Below, piece by piece: positions 1 to 15,200 of a DNA stretch of 64,000 nt; within the stretch, counting starts at the first letter, position 1, and each line of letters begins with the position of its first letter. Origin of the DNA: the human T2T-CHM13v2.0 reference genome, Homo sapiens. Location: positions 61,024,001 through 61,088,000 of the forward strand of contig CP086569.2 of assembly GCA_009914755.4 (NCBI GenBank), written 5' to 3'. The notes under the pieces are model-generated. The model did not search any database, was not told the DNA's origin, and worked only from the letters and a program-made list of their open reading frames with translations. The position numbers and the translations under genes are program-made.

Positions 1-1526
1 GAATGGAATAGAAAGGAATGGAATGAAATGGAATGGAAAGGATTCGAATGGAATGCAATCGAATGGAATGGAATCGAACGGAATGGAATAAAATGGAAGA
101 AAACTGGCAAGAAATGGAATCGAAATGAATGGAGTGTTATGGAACGGACTCAAAAGGAATTGAATGTAATAGAATGGAGTGGAGTGGACTCGAATATAAT
201 GGACTGGAATGGAATGAAATCACATGGAATGGGAACGAATGGAATGGAATGGAAAGGAATGGAATGGAATGGAAAGGAATCGAATGGAAGGGAATGAAAT
301 TGAATCAACAGGAATGGAAGGGAATAGAATAGACGGTAATGGAATGGACTCGAATAGAATGGACACGAATGCTCAAATTGAATGGACTCGAATGGAATGG
401 AAACGAAAGGAATGTCATCGAATGGAATTGAATCGATTGGAATGAAATCGCATAGAATGGAGTGGAATCAAATGGAATTGAATCGAAAGGAAAGGAAGCG
501 AATGGACTGAAATGAAATGGAATGGAATTGAATGGAAAGTAATGCAATGGAATAGAATGGAACGAAATTTCACGGAATGGAATCAAACTGAATGGAATCT
601 AATCAATGGAATCCAATCAAATGGAACGGAGTAGATTGGATTGGATGGGATTGGAATGAAATGTACTGGAAAGGACTCGAATTTCATGAAACGGAATGGA
701 ATGAATTGGAACGGAATGGACTCGAATGGAATGGAATGTCATGGAATGGCATCAAATGGAATGGCATCAAATGGAATGGAATCGAATGCAATGGAATGCT
801 ATGGAATGGAATGGAATGCATTGGAATGGAATGTCCTCTAATGGAATGGATTCGAGTGGAATGGAATCGAATACAATGGAGTCGAATGAAATGGAATTGA
901 AAGGAATGGGATCGAATACAATGGAATATACTGGAATGTAATGTAATGAACTCGAATGTAATTGACTGGAATGGAATGTACATGAATGGAATGTAATCGA
1001 ATGGAAAGTAATCCAATGGAATAGAATCTAATGCAATAAAATCGTCTCAGATAGAGTAGAATGTAATGGAATGGAGTGCAGTGCAATGGAATGGAATGGA
1101 ATGGAATGCAATGGAATGGAATGGAATGGAATGGAATGGAATGGAATGGAATGGAATGGAATGGGATGGAATGGTATGGAATGGATAGTAATGACTGGAG
1201 TGAAATGGACTGGAAAGGAATGGACTCAAATTGAAAGGGCTGGAAAGGAATGGAGTCAAATGGAATGGTCTGGAATGGAATGAACACGAAAGTAATGCAA
1301 TCCAATAGAATGGAATCGAATGGCATGGAATATAATGAAATGGAATCGAAGAGAATGGAAACAAATGGAATGGAATTGAATGGAATGGAATTGAATGGAA
1401 TGGGAACGAATGGAGTGAAATTGTATGCAGTAGAAGGGAATAGAATGGAATGCAAGTGAAAGGAAAGGAATGGATTGGAATGGAATGGAATTCATTGGAA
1501 TGGAAGGGAATGTAGTGTAATGGACA
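1..1526 (+). repeat. Partial DYZ1 HOR copy, cut by the window start and ending at the HaeIII-site anchor.
   Basis: Matches the 3' portion of the following full HOR copies. Confidence 0.8.
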
Positions 1527-4500
1527 GGCCTGGAATAAAGTGGAATGCTACGGTCTCGAATGGAATAAAAATGTATGGAATGGAATGCAATGAAACGGAA
1601 TCGAATGTCATAGAATGTAATGGAATGCAAAAAAATGGAATCCAAAATCATTGACTGGAAAGGCTGGGTGTCGAAAGGAATTGACTCCAATGGAATGGAA
1701 TCGAATGGAATGGAAGTGAATAGAATCGAACTAAATCGAATGGAATGGAATTGATAGGAACGGAATGGAAAGGAATGCAATGATTTGGCACGGAATGGAA
1801 TCGAATGGCATCGAATGGAATGGAATGGAATGCAATTGAATGGAACGTATTAGAATGTAATGAACTTTAATGGAATGTACTCGAATGGATTCGACTGGAA
1901 TGGAATGTTCTGGAAGTGAATGGACTCCAATGGAATGGATACAAAAGGAATGGAATCGTACGGAATGGAATCTAATGGAATGGAATTAAATGGAAATGAA
2001 TCAAATTGAATAGCATGGAATTGAATTGAATGGAATCGAATGCAATGGAATCTAATGAAACGGAAAGGAAAGGAATGGAATGGAATGGAATGGGCTGGAA
2101 TGGAAAGGAATCGAAACGAATGGAATGGAATCGAACTGACGAGACTGGAATGGAATGCACTGGAATGGAAGGGAGTGTAATGGAAGGTTCTCGAAAAAAA
2201 TGGAATCGAATGGAATGGAATTGAATGGAACGGAATAGAGTCGAATGGAATTGAATGGAATGGAATTGACTAGAGTGAAATGGAATCGAACCACAAGGAA
2301 TGGACAGGAATAGAATGGTCTCGAATTGAATGGAATCGTATGGAATGGCATCAAACGGAATGGAATGGACAGCCACGGAATGGAATGCACTCGAAGGCAA
2401 TGGAGTCGAAACTAAAGGACTGGAATAGAATGGATTCGACTGGTACGGACTCCAATGGAATGGAATCGAATGGAAGGGAATCGAACGGAATGGACTCGAA
2501 GGGAAAAGACTGCAATGGAAAGGTCTCGAATGGAATGGAAATTAATGGAATGGAATGGAATTGAATGAAATGGAGTCAAAAGGAATGGAATCGAATGGCA
2601 AGAAATCGAATGTAATGGAATCGCAAGGAATTGATGTGAACGGAACGGAATGGAATGGAATCCAAAGGAATGGAATAGAATGGAATGGAATCGAATGGAA
2701 AGGACTCGAATGGAAATCACTCGAATAGAATGCAATTTAATAAAATAGGATCAAATGTAATGGAATGGAATGGAAAGGAATCGAAACGAAAGGAATGGAG
2801 ACAGATGGAATGGAATAGAACAGAGAGCAATGGTATAGAATGGAATGGAATCATCTGGAATGGAATTGAATGGAATGGAATAATATGAAATGGAATGGAA
2901 TGGAATGGAATGGAATGCCCTTGAATTAAATGGACTGGAATGGAATGGACTCGAACAGAGTGGAATGGAAAGTGTTGAGATAGAATGGAATGGACTCGTT
3001 TGGAATGGTCTAGTATGCAATGCAATCGACTGGCAGGGAATCAAAAGGAATGTAATGGAATGGATTGGACTGGAATGCAATGGACTCGAATAGATTGGAA
3101 ACGGAATGCAAAGGAATGGAATGGAATAGTATGGAATGGAATGGAAAGGAATGGAGTGGAATAGACTAGAGTGGAATGGAATGGACTGGAAAGCAATAGA
3201 CTGGAATGGAACTTTCTTGAATGGACTGGAATCAAACGGAATGGAATGCAATGCAATCAAATGGCATGGAATAAAATAGAATGAAAGAGAATCAAATGGA
3301 ATTGAATCGAATGGAATCGAATGGATTGGAAAGGAATAGAATGGAATGGAATGGAATTGACTCAAATGGAATGGACTAGAATGGAATGGATTCGAATGGA
3401 AGGCAAAGGAATGGAATCTATTGGAATGGACTGTAATGGAATGGAATGGAAGGGATTGGAATGGACTCGAATGGAATGGACTGCAATAGAAAGGATTCGA
3501 ATGGAATGAAAAAGAATTGAATGGAATAGAACAGAATGGAATCAAATCGAATGAAATGGAATGGAATAGAAAGGAATGGAATGAAATGGAATGGAAAGGA
3601 TTCGAATGGAATGCAATCGAATGGAATGGAATCGAACGGAATGGAATAAAATGGAAGAAAACTGGCAAGAAATGGAATCGAAATGAATGGAGTGTTATGG
3701 AACGGACTCAAAAGGAATTGAATGTAATAGAATGGAGTGGAGTGGACTCGAATATAATGGACTGGAATGGAATGAAATCACATGGAATGGGAACGAATGG
3801 AATGGAATGGAAAGGAATGGAATCAAATGGAAAGGAATCGAATGGAAGGGAATGAAATTGAATCAACAGGAATGGAAGGGAATAGAATAGACGGTAATGG
3901 AATGGACTCGAATAGAATGGACACGAATGCTCAAATTGAATGGACTCGAATGGAATGGAAACGAAAGGAATGTCATCGAATGGAATTGAATCGATTGGAA
4001 TGAAATCGCATAGAATGGAGTGGAATCAAATGGAATTGAATCGAAAGGAAAGGAAGCAAATGGACTGAAATGAAATGGAATGGAATTGAATGGAAAGCTA
4101 TGTAATGGAATAGAATGGAACGAAATTTCACGGAATGGAATCAAACTGAATGGAATCAAATCAATGGAATCAAATCAAATGGAATGGAAAGGAATTGAAT
4201 GGAGTAGATTGGATTGGATGGGATTGGAATGAAATGTACTGGAAAGGACTCGAATTTCATGAAACGGAATGGAATGAATTGGAACGGAACGGAGTCGAAT
4301 GGAATGGAATGTCATGGAATGGCATCAAATGGAATGGCATGAAATGGAATGGAATCGAATGCAATGGAATGCTATGGAATGGAATGGAATGCATTGGAAT
4401 GGAATGTCCTCTAATGGAATGGATTCGAGTGGAATGGAATCGAATATAATGGAGTCGAATGAAATGGAATTGAAAAGAATGGGATCGAATACAATGGAAT

Positions 4501-5080
4501 ATACTGGAATGTAATGTAATGAACTCGAATTTAATTGACTGGAATGGAATGTACATGAATGGAATGTAATCGAATGGAAAGTAATCCAATGGAATAGAAT
4601 CTAATGCAATAAAATCGACTCAGATAGAGTAGAATGTAATGGAATGGAGTGCAGTGCAATGGAATGGAATGGAATGGAATGCAATGGAATGGAATGGAAT
4701 GGTATGGAATGGAATGGAATGGAATGGTGTGGAATGGATAGTAATGGACTGGAGTGAAATGGACTGGAAAGGAATGGACTCAAATTGAAAGGGCTCGAAA
4801 GGAATGGAGTCAAATGGAATGGTCTGGAATGGAATGAACACGAATGTAATGCAATCCAATAGAATGGAATCGAATGGCATGGAATATAAAGAAATGGAAT
4901 CGAAGAGAATGGAAACAAATGGAATGGAATTGAGTGGAATGGAATTGAATGGAATGGGAACGAATGGAGTGAAATTGTATGCAGTAGAAGAGAATAGAAT
5001 GGAATGCAAGCGAAAGGAAAGGAATGGATTGGAATGGAATGGAATTCATTGGAATGGAAGGGAATGTAGTGTAATGGACA
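1527..5080 (+). repeat. DYZ1 HOR copy 1 (3554 bp), boundaries anchored on the GGCC in 'ggacaggcctgg'.
   Basis: GGCC at 1527 and next GGCC at 5081. Confidence 0.85.
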
Positions 5081-8000
5081 GGCCTGGAATAAAGTGGAAT
5101 GCTACGGTCTCGAATGGAATAAAAATGTATGGAATGGAATGCAATGAAATGGAATCGAATGTCATAGAATGTAATGGAATGCAAAAAAATGGAATCCAAA
5201 ATCATTGACTGGAAAGGCTGGGTGTCGAAAGGAATTGACTCCAATGGAATGGAATCGAATGGAATGGAAGTGAATAGAATCGAACTAAATCGAATGGAAT
5301 GGAATTGATAGGAACGGAATGGAAAGGAATGCAATGATATGGCATGGAATGGAATCGAATGGCATCGAATGGAATGGAATGGAATGCAATGGAATGGAAT
5401 GTATTAGAATGTAATGAACTTTAATGGAATGTACTCGAATGGATTCGACTGGAATGGAATGTTCTGGAAGTGAATGGACTCCAATGGAATGGATTCAAAA
5501 GGAATGGAATCGTACGGAATGGAATCTAATGGAATGGAATTAAATGGAAATGAATCAAATTGAATAGCACGGAATTGAATTGAATGGAATGGAATGCAAT
5601 GGAATCTAATGAAACGGAAAGGAAAGGAATGGAATGGAATGGAATGGGCTGGAATGGAAAGGAATCGAAACGAATGGAATGGAATCGAACTGAAGAGACT
5701 GGAATGGAATGCACTGGAATGGAAGGGAGTGTAATGGAAGGTTCTCGGAAAAAATGGAATGGAATGGAATGGAATTGAATGGAACGGAATAGAGTCGAAT
5801 GGAATTGAATGGAATGGAATGGACTAGAGTGAAATGGAATCGAACCACAAGGAATGGACAGGAATAGAATGGTCTCGAATTGAATGGAATCGTATGGAAT
5901 GGCATCAAACGGAATGGAATGGACAGCCACGGAATGGAATGCACTCGAATGCAATGGAGTCGAAACTAATGGACTGGAATAGAATGGACTCGACTGGTAC
6001 GGACTCCAATGGAATGGAATCGAATGGAAGGGAATCGAACGGAATGGACTCGAAGGGAAAAGACTGCAATGGAAAGGTCTCAAATGGAATGGAAATTAAT
6101 GGAATGGAATGGAATCGAATGAAATGGAGTCAAAAGGAATGGAATCGAATGGCAAGAAATCGAATGTAATGGAATCGCAAGGAATTGATGTGAACGGAAC
6201 GGAATGGAATGGAATCCAAAGGAATGGAATAGAATGGAATGGAATCGAATGGAAAGGACTCGAATGGAAATCACTCGAATAGAATGCAATTTAATAAAAT
6301 AGGATCAAATGTAATGGAATGGAATGGAAAGGAATCGAAACGAAAGGAATGGAGACAGATGGAATGGAATAGAACAGAGAGCAATGGTATAGAATGGAAT
6401 GGAATCATCTGGAATGGAATTGAATGGAATGGAATAATATGAAATGGAATGGAATGGAATGGAATGGAATGCCCTTGAATTAAATGGACTGGAATGGAAT
6501 GGACTCGAACAGAGTGGAATGGAAAGTGTTGAGATAGAATGGAATGGAGTCCTTTGGAATGGTGTAGTATGCAATGCAATCGACTGGCAGGGAATCAAAA
6601 GGAATGTAATCGAATGGATTGGACTGGAATGCAATGGACTCGAATAGATTGGAAACGGAATGCAAAGGAATGGAATGGATTAGTATGGAATGGAATGGAA
6701 AGGAATGGAGTGGAATAGACTAGAGTGGAATGGAATGGACTGGAAAGCAATGGACTGGAATGGAACTTTCTTGAATGGACTGGAATCAAACGGAATGGAA
6801 TGCAATGCAATCAAATGGCATGGAATAAAATAGAATGAAAGAGAATCAAATGGAATTGAATCGAATGGAATCGAATGGATTGGAAAGGAATAGAATGGAA
6901 TGGAATGGAATGGACTAGAATGGAATGGATTCGAATGGAAGGCAAAGGAATGGAATCTATTGGAATGGACTGTAATGGAATGGAATGGAAGGGATTGGAA
7001 TGGACTCGAATGGAATGGACTGCAATAGAAAGGATTCGAATGGAATGAAAAAGAATTGAATGGAATAGAACAGAATGGAATCAAATCGAATGAAATGGAA
7101 TGGAATAGAAAGGAATGGAATGAAATGGAATGGAAAGGATTCGAATGGAATGCAATCGAATGGAATGGAATCGAACGGAATGGAATAAAATGGAAGAAAA
7201 CTGGCAAGAAATGGAATCGAAATGAATGGAGTGTTATGGAACGGACTCAAAAGGAATTGAATGTAATAGAATGGAGTGGAGTGGACTCGAATATAATGGA
7301 CTGGAATGGAATGAAATCACATGGAATGGGAACGAATGGAATGGAATGGAAAGGAATGGAATCGAATGGAAAGGAATCGAATGGAAGGGAATGAAATTGA
7401 ATCAACAGGAATGGAAGGGAATAGAATAGACGGTAATGGAATGGACTCGAATAGAATGGACACGAATGCTCAAATTGAATGGACTCGAATGGAATGGAAA
7501 CGAAAGGAATGTCATCGAATGGAATTGAATCGATTGGAATGAAATCGCATAGAATGGAGTGGAATCAAATGGAATTGAATCGAAAGGAAAGGAAGCGAAT
7601 GGACTGAAATGAAATGGAATGGAATTGAATGGAAAGTAATGCAATGGAAAAGAATGGAACGAAATTTCACAGAATGGAATCAAACTGAATGGAATCAAAC
7701 CAATGGAATCAAATCAAATGGAATGGAAAGGAATTGAATGGAGTAGGTTGGATTGGATGGGATTGGAATGAAATGTACTGGAAAGGACTCGAATTTCATG
7801 AAACAGAATGGAATGAATTGGAACGGAACGGACTCGAATGGAATGGAATGTCATGGAATGGCATCAAATGGAATGGCATCAAATGGAATGGAATCGAATG
7901 CAATGGAATGCTATGGAATGGAATGGAATGCATTGGAATGGAATGTCCTCTAATGGAATGGATTCGAGTGGAATGGAATCGAATATAATGGAGTCGAATG

Positions 8001-8654
8001 AAATGGAATTGAAAGGAATGGGATCAAATACAATGGAATATACTGGAATGTAATGTAATGAACTCGAATGTAATTGACTGGAATGGAATGTACATGAATG
8101 GAATGTAATCGAATGGAAAGTAATCCAATGGAATAGAATCTAATGCAATAAAATCGACTCAGATAGAGTAGAATGTAATGGAATGGAGTGCAGTGCAATG
8201 GAATGGAATGGAATGGAATGCAATGGAATGGAATGGAATGGAATGGAATGGAATGGAATGGAATGCAATGGAATGGAATGGAATGGAATGGAATGGAATG
8301 GTGTGGAATGGATAGTAATGGACTGGAGTGAAATGGACTGGAAAGGAATGGACTCAAATTGAATGGGCTCGAAAGGAATGGAGTCAAATGGAATGGTCTG
8401 GAATGGAATGAACACGAATGTAATGCAATCCAATAGAATGGAATCGAATGGCATGGAATATAAAGAAATGGAATCGAAGAGAATGGAAACAAATGGAATG
8501 GAATTGAGTGGAATGGAATTGAATGGAATGGGAACGAATGGAGTGAAATTGTATGCAGTAGGAGAGAATAGAATGGAATGCAAGCGAAAGGAAAGGAATG
8601 GATTGGAATGGAATGGAATTCATTGGAATGGAAGGGAATGTAGTGTAATGGACA
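5081..8654 (+). repeat. DYZ1 HOR copy 2 (3574 bp). It carries the longest pure (GGAAT)n tract in the window, at about 8197-8301.
   Basis: GGCC anchors at 5081 and 8655. Confidence 0.85.
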
Positions 8655-11600
8655 GGCCTGGAATAAAGTGGAATGCTACGGTCTCGAATGGAATAAAAAT
8701 GTATGGAATGGAATGCAATGAAACGGAATCGAATGTCATAGAATGTAATGGAATGCAAAAAAATGGAATCCAAAATCATTGACTGGAAAGGCTGGGTGTC
8801 GAAAGGAATTGACTCCAATGGAATGGAATCGAATGGAATGGAAGTGAATAGAATCGAACTAAATCGAATGGAATGGAATTGATAGCAACGGAATGGAAAG
8901 GAATGCAATGATTTGGCATGGAATGGAATCGAATGGCATCGAATGGAATGGAATGGAATGCAATGGAATGGAATGTATTAGAATGTAATGAACTTTAATG
9001 GAATGTACTCGAATGGATTCGACTGGAATGGAATGTTGTGGAAGTGAATGGACTCCAATGGAAGGGATTCAAAAGGAATGGAATCGTACGGAATGGAATG
9101 TAATGGAATGGAATTAAATGGAAATGAATCAAATTGAATAGCACGGAATTGAATTGAATGGAATCGAATGCAATGGAATCTAATGAAACGGAAAGGAAAG
9201 GAATGGAATGGAATGGAATGGGCTGGAATGGAAAGGAATCGAAACGAATGGAATGGAATCGAACTGAAGAGACTGGAATGGAATGCACTGGAATGGAAGG
9301 GAGTGTAATGGAAGGTTCTCGAAAAAAATGGAATGGAATGGAATGGAATTGAATGGAACGGAATAGAGTCGAATGGAATTGAATGGAATGGAATGGACTA
9401 GAGTGAAATGGAATCGAACCACAAGGAATGGACAGGAATAGAATGGTCTCGAATTGAATGGAATCGTATGGAATGGCATCAAACGGAATGGAATGGACAG
9501 CCACGGAATGGAATGCACTCGAATGCAATGGAGTCGAAACTAATGGACTGGAATAGAATGGACTCGACTGGTACGGACTCCAATGGAATGGAATCGAATG
9601 GAAGGGAATCGAACGGAATGGACTCGAAGGGAAAAGACTGCAATGGAAAGGTCTCGAATGGAATGGAAATTAATGGAATGGAATGGAATCGAATGAAATG
9701 GAGTCAAAAGGAATGGAATCGAATGGCAAGAAATCGAATGTAATGGAATCGCAAGGAATTGATGTGAACGGAAAGGAATGGAATGGAATCCAAAGGAATG
9801 GAATAGAATGGAATGGAATCGAATGGAAAGGACTCGAATGGAAATCACTCGAATAGAATGCAGTTTAATAAAATAGGATCAAATGTAATGGAATGGAATG
9901 GAAAGGAATCGAAACGAAAGGAATGGAGACAGATGGAATGGAATGGAACAGAGAGCAATGGTATAGAATGGAATGGAATCATCTGGAATGGAATTGAATG
10001 GAATGGAATAATATGAAATGGAATGGAATGGAATGGAATGGAATGCCCTTGAATTAAATGGACTGGAATGGAATGGACTCGAACAGAGTGGAATGGAAAG
10101 TGTTGAGATAGAATGGAATGGACTCCTTTGGAATGGTCTAGTATGCAATGCAATCGACTGGTAGGGAATCAAAAGGAATGTAATCGAATGGATTGGACTG
10201 GAATGCAATGGACTCGAATAGATTGGAAACGGAATGCAAAGGAATGGAATGGAATAGTATGGAATGGAATGGAAAGGAATGGAGTGGAATAGACTAGAGT
10301 GGAATGGAATGGACTGGAAAGCAATGGACTGGAATGGAACTTTCTTGAATGGACTGGAATCAAACGGAATGGAATGCAATGCAATCAAATGGCATGGAAT
10401 AAAATAGAATGAAAGAGAATCAAATGGAATTGAATCGAATGGAATCGAATGGATTGGAAAGGAATAGAATGGAATGGAATGGAATTGACTCAAATGGAAT
10501 GGACTAGAATGGAATGGATTCGAATGGAAGGCAAAGGAATGGAATCTATTGGAATGGACTGTAATGGAATGGAATGGAAGGGATTGGAATGGACTCGAAT
10601 GGAATGGACTGCAATAGAAAGGATTCGAATGGAATGAAAAAGAATTGAATGGAATAGAACAGAATGGAATCAAATCGAATGAAATGGAATGGAATAGAAA
10701 GGAATGGAATGAAATGGAATGGAAAGGATTCGAATGGAATGCAATCGAATGGAATGGAATCGAACGGAATGGAATAAAATGGAAGAAAACTGTCAAGAAA
10801 TGGAATCGAAATGAATGGAGTGTTATGGAACGGACTCAAAAGGAATTGAATGTAATAGAATGGAGTGGAGTGGACTCGAATATAATGGACTGGAATGGAA
10901 TGAAATCACATGGAATGGGAACGAATGGAATGGAATGGAAAGGAATGGAATCGAATGGAAAGGAATCGAATGGAAGGGAATGAAATTGAATCAACAGGAA
11001 TGGAAGGGAATAGAATAGACGGTAATGGAATGGACTCGAATAGAATGGACACGAATGCTCAAATTGAATGGACTCGAATGGAATGGAAACGAAAGGAATG
11101 TCATCGAATGGAATTGAATCGATTGGAATGAAATCGCATAGAATGGAGTGGAATCAAATGGAATTGAATCGAAAGGAAAGGAAGCGAATGGACTGAAATG
11201 AAATGGAATGGAATTGAATGGAAAGTTATGTAATAGAATAGAATGGAACGAAATTTCGCGGAATGGAATCAAACTGAATGGAATCAAATCAATGGAATCA
11301 AATCAAATGGAATGGAAAGGAATTGAATGGAGTAGGTTGGATTGGATGGGATTGGAATGAAATGTACTGGAAAGGACTCGAATTTCATGAAACGGAATGC
11401 AATGAATTGGAACGGAACGGACACGAATGGAATGGAATGTCATGGAATGGCATCAAATGGAATGGCATCAAATGGAATGGAATCGAATGCAATGGAATGC
11501 TATGGAATGGAATGGAATGCATTGGAATGGAATGTCCTCTAATGGAATGGATTCGAGTGGAATGGAATCGAATATAATGGAGTCGAATGAAATGGAATTG

Positions 11601-12203
11601 AAAGGAATGGGATCGAATACAATGGAATATACTGGAACGTAATGTAATGAACTCGAATGTAATTGACTGGAATGGAATGTACATGAATGGAATGTAATCG
11701 AATGGAAAGTAATCCAATGGAATAGAATCTAATGCAATAAAATCGACTCAGATAGAGTAGAATGTAATGGAATGGAGTGCAGTGCCATGGAATGGAATGG
11801 AATGGAATGCAATGGAATGGAATGGAATGGAATGGAATGGGATGGAATGGTGTGGAATGGATAGTAATGGACTGGAGTGAAATGGACTGGAAAGGAATGG
11901 ACTCAAATTGAAAGGCCTGGAAAGGAATGGAGTCAAATGGAATGGTCTGGAATGGAATGAACACGAATGTAATGCAATCCAATAGAATGGAATCGAATGG
12001 CATGGAATATAAAGAAATGGAATCGAAGAGAATGGAAACAAATGGAATGGAATTGAATGGAATGGAATTGAATGGAATGGGAACGAATGGAGTGAAATTG
12101 TATGCAGTAGAAGGGAATAGAATGGAATGCAAGCGAAAGGAAAGGAATGGATTGGAATGGAATGGAATTCATTGGAATGGAAGGGAATGTAGTGTAATGG
12201 ACA
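8655..12203 (+). repeat. DYZ1 HOR copy 3 (3549 bp). It has a second GGCC at 11914, created by the variant 'gaaaggcctggaaagg'.
   Basis: GGCC anchors at 8655 and 12204. Confidence 0.85.
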
Positions 12204-15200
12204 GGCCTGGAATAAAGTGGAATGCTACGGTCTCGAATGGAATAAAAATGTATGGAATGGAATGCAATGAAACGGAATCGAATGTCATAGAATGTAATGG
12301 AATGCAAAAAAATGGAATCCAAAATCATTGACTGGAAAGGCTGGGTGTCGAAAGGAATTGACTCCAATGGAATGGAATCGAATGGAATGGAAGAGAATAG
12401 AATCGAACTAAATCGAATGGAATGGAATTGATAGGAACGGAATGGAAAGGAATGCAATGATTTCGCATGGAATGGAATCGAATGGCATCGAATGGAATGG
12501 AATGGAATGCAATGGAATGGAATGTATTAGAATGTAATGAACTTTAATGGAATGCACTCGAATGGAATCGACTGGAATGGAATGTTCTGGAAGTGAATGG
12601 ACTCCAATGGAATGGATTCAAAAGGAATGGAATCGTACGGAATGGAATCTAATGGAGTGGAATTAAATGGAAATGAATCAAACTGAATAGAACGGAATTG
12701 AATTGAATGGAATCGAATGCAATGGAATCTAATGAAACGGAAAGGAAAGGAATGGAATGGAATGGAATGGGCTGGAATGGAAAGGAATCGAAACGAATGG
12801 AATGGAATCGAACTGAAGAGACTGGAATGGAATGCACTGGAATGGAAGGGAGTGTAATGGAAGGTTCTCGAAAAAAATGGAATGGAATGGAATGGAATTG
12901 AATGGAACGGAATAGAGTCGAATGGAATTGAATGGAATGGAATGGACTAGAGTGAAATGGAATCGAACCACAAGGAATGGACAGGAATAGAATGGTCTCG
13001 AATTGAATGGAATCGTATGGAATGGCATCAAACGGAATGGAATGGACAGCCACGGAATGGAATGCACTCGAATGCAATGGAGTCGAAAATAATGGACTGG
13101 AATAGAATGGACTCGACTGGTACGGACTCCAATGGAATGGAATCGAATGGAAGGGAATCGAACGGAATGGACTCGAAGGGAAAAGACTGCAATGGAAAGG
13201 TCTCGAATGGAATGGAAATTAATGGAATGGAATGGAATCGAATGAAATGGAGTCAAAAGGAATGGAATCGAATGGCAAGAAATCGAATGTAATGGAATCG
13301 CAAGGAATTGATGTGAACGGAACGGAATGGAATGGAATCCAAAGGAATGGAATAGAATGGAATGGAATCGAATGGAAAGGACTCGAATGGAAATCACTCG
13401 AATAGAATGCAATTTAATAAAATAGGATCAAATGTAATGGAATGGAATGGAAAGGAATCGAAACGAAAGGAATGGAGACAGATGGAATGGAATGGAACAG
13501 AGAGCAATGGTATAGAATGGAATGGAATCATCTGGAATGGAATTGAATGGAATGGAATAATATGAAATGGAATGGAATGGAATGGAATGGAATGCCCTTG
13601 AATTAAATGGACTGGAATGGAATGGACTCGAACAGAGTGGAATGGAAAGTGTTGAGATAGAATGGAATGGACTCCTTTGGAATGGTGTAGTATGCAATGC
13701 AATCGACTGGCAGGGAATCAAAAGGAATGTAATCGAATGGATTGGACTGGAATGCAATGGACTCGAATAGATTGGAAACGGAATGCAAAGGAATGGAATG
13801 GAATAGTATGGAATGGAATGGAAAGGAATGGAGTGGAATAGACTAGAGTGGAATGGAATGGACTGGAAAGCAATGGACTGGAATGGAACTTTCTTGAATG
13901 GACTGGAATCAAACGGAATGGAATGCAATGCAATCAAATGGCATGGAATAAAATAGAATGAAAGAGAATCAAATGGAATTGAATCGAATGGAATCGAATG
14001 GATTGGAAAGGAATAGAATGGAATGGAATGGAATTGACTCAAATGGAATGGACTAGAATGGAATGGATTCGAATGGAAGGCAAAGGAATGGAATCTATTG
14101 GAATGGACTGTAATGGAATGGAATGGAAGGGATTGGAATGGACTCGAATGGAATGGACTGCAATAGAAAGGATTCGAATGGAATGAAAAAGAATTGAATG
14201 GAATAGAACAGAATGGAATCAAATCGAATGAAATGGAATGGAATAGAAAGGAATGGAATGAAATGGAATGGAAAGGATTCGAATGGAATGCAATCGAATG
14301 GAATGGAATCGAACGGAATGGAATAAAATGGAAGAAAACTGGCAAGAAATGGAATCGAAATGAATGGAGTGTTATGGAACGGACTCAAAAGGAATTGAAT
14401 GTAATAGAATGGAGTGGAGTGGACTCGAATATAATGGACTGGAATGGAATGAAATCACATGGAATGGGAACGAATGGAATGGAATGGAAAGGAATGGAAT
14501 CGAATGGAAAGGAATCGAATGGAAGGGAATGAAATTGAATCAACAGGAATGGAAGGGAATAGAATAGACGGTAATGGAATGGACTCGAATAGAATGGACA
14601 CGAATGCTCAAATTGAATGGACTCGAATGGAATGGAAACGAAAGGAATGTCATCGAATGGAATTGAATCGATTGGAATGAAATCGCATAGAATGGAGTGG
14701 AATCAAATGGAATTGAATCGAAAGGAAAGGAAGCGAATGGACTGAAATGAAATGGAATGGAATTGAATGGAAAGTTATGTAATAGAATAGAATGGAACGA
14801 AATTTCGCGGAATGGAATCAAACTGAATGGAATCAAATCAATGGAATCTAATCAAATGGAATGGAAAGGAATTGAATGGAGTAGATTGGATTGGATGGGA
14901 TTGGAATGAAATGCACTGGAAAGGACTCGAATTTCATGAAACGGAATGCAATGAATTGGAACGGAACGGACTCGAATGGAATGGAATGTCATGGAATGGC
15001 ATCAAATGGAATGGCATCAAATGGAATGGAATCGAATGCAATGGAATGCTATGGAATGGAATGGAATGCATTGGAATGGAATGTCCTCTAATGGAATGGA
15101 TTCGAGTGGAATGGAATCGAATATAATGGAGTCGAATGAAATGGAATTGAAAGGAATGGGATCGAATACAATGGAATATACTGGAATGTAATGTAATGAA

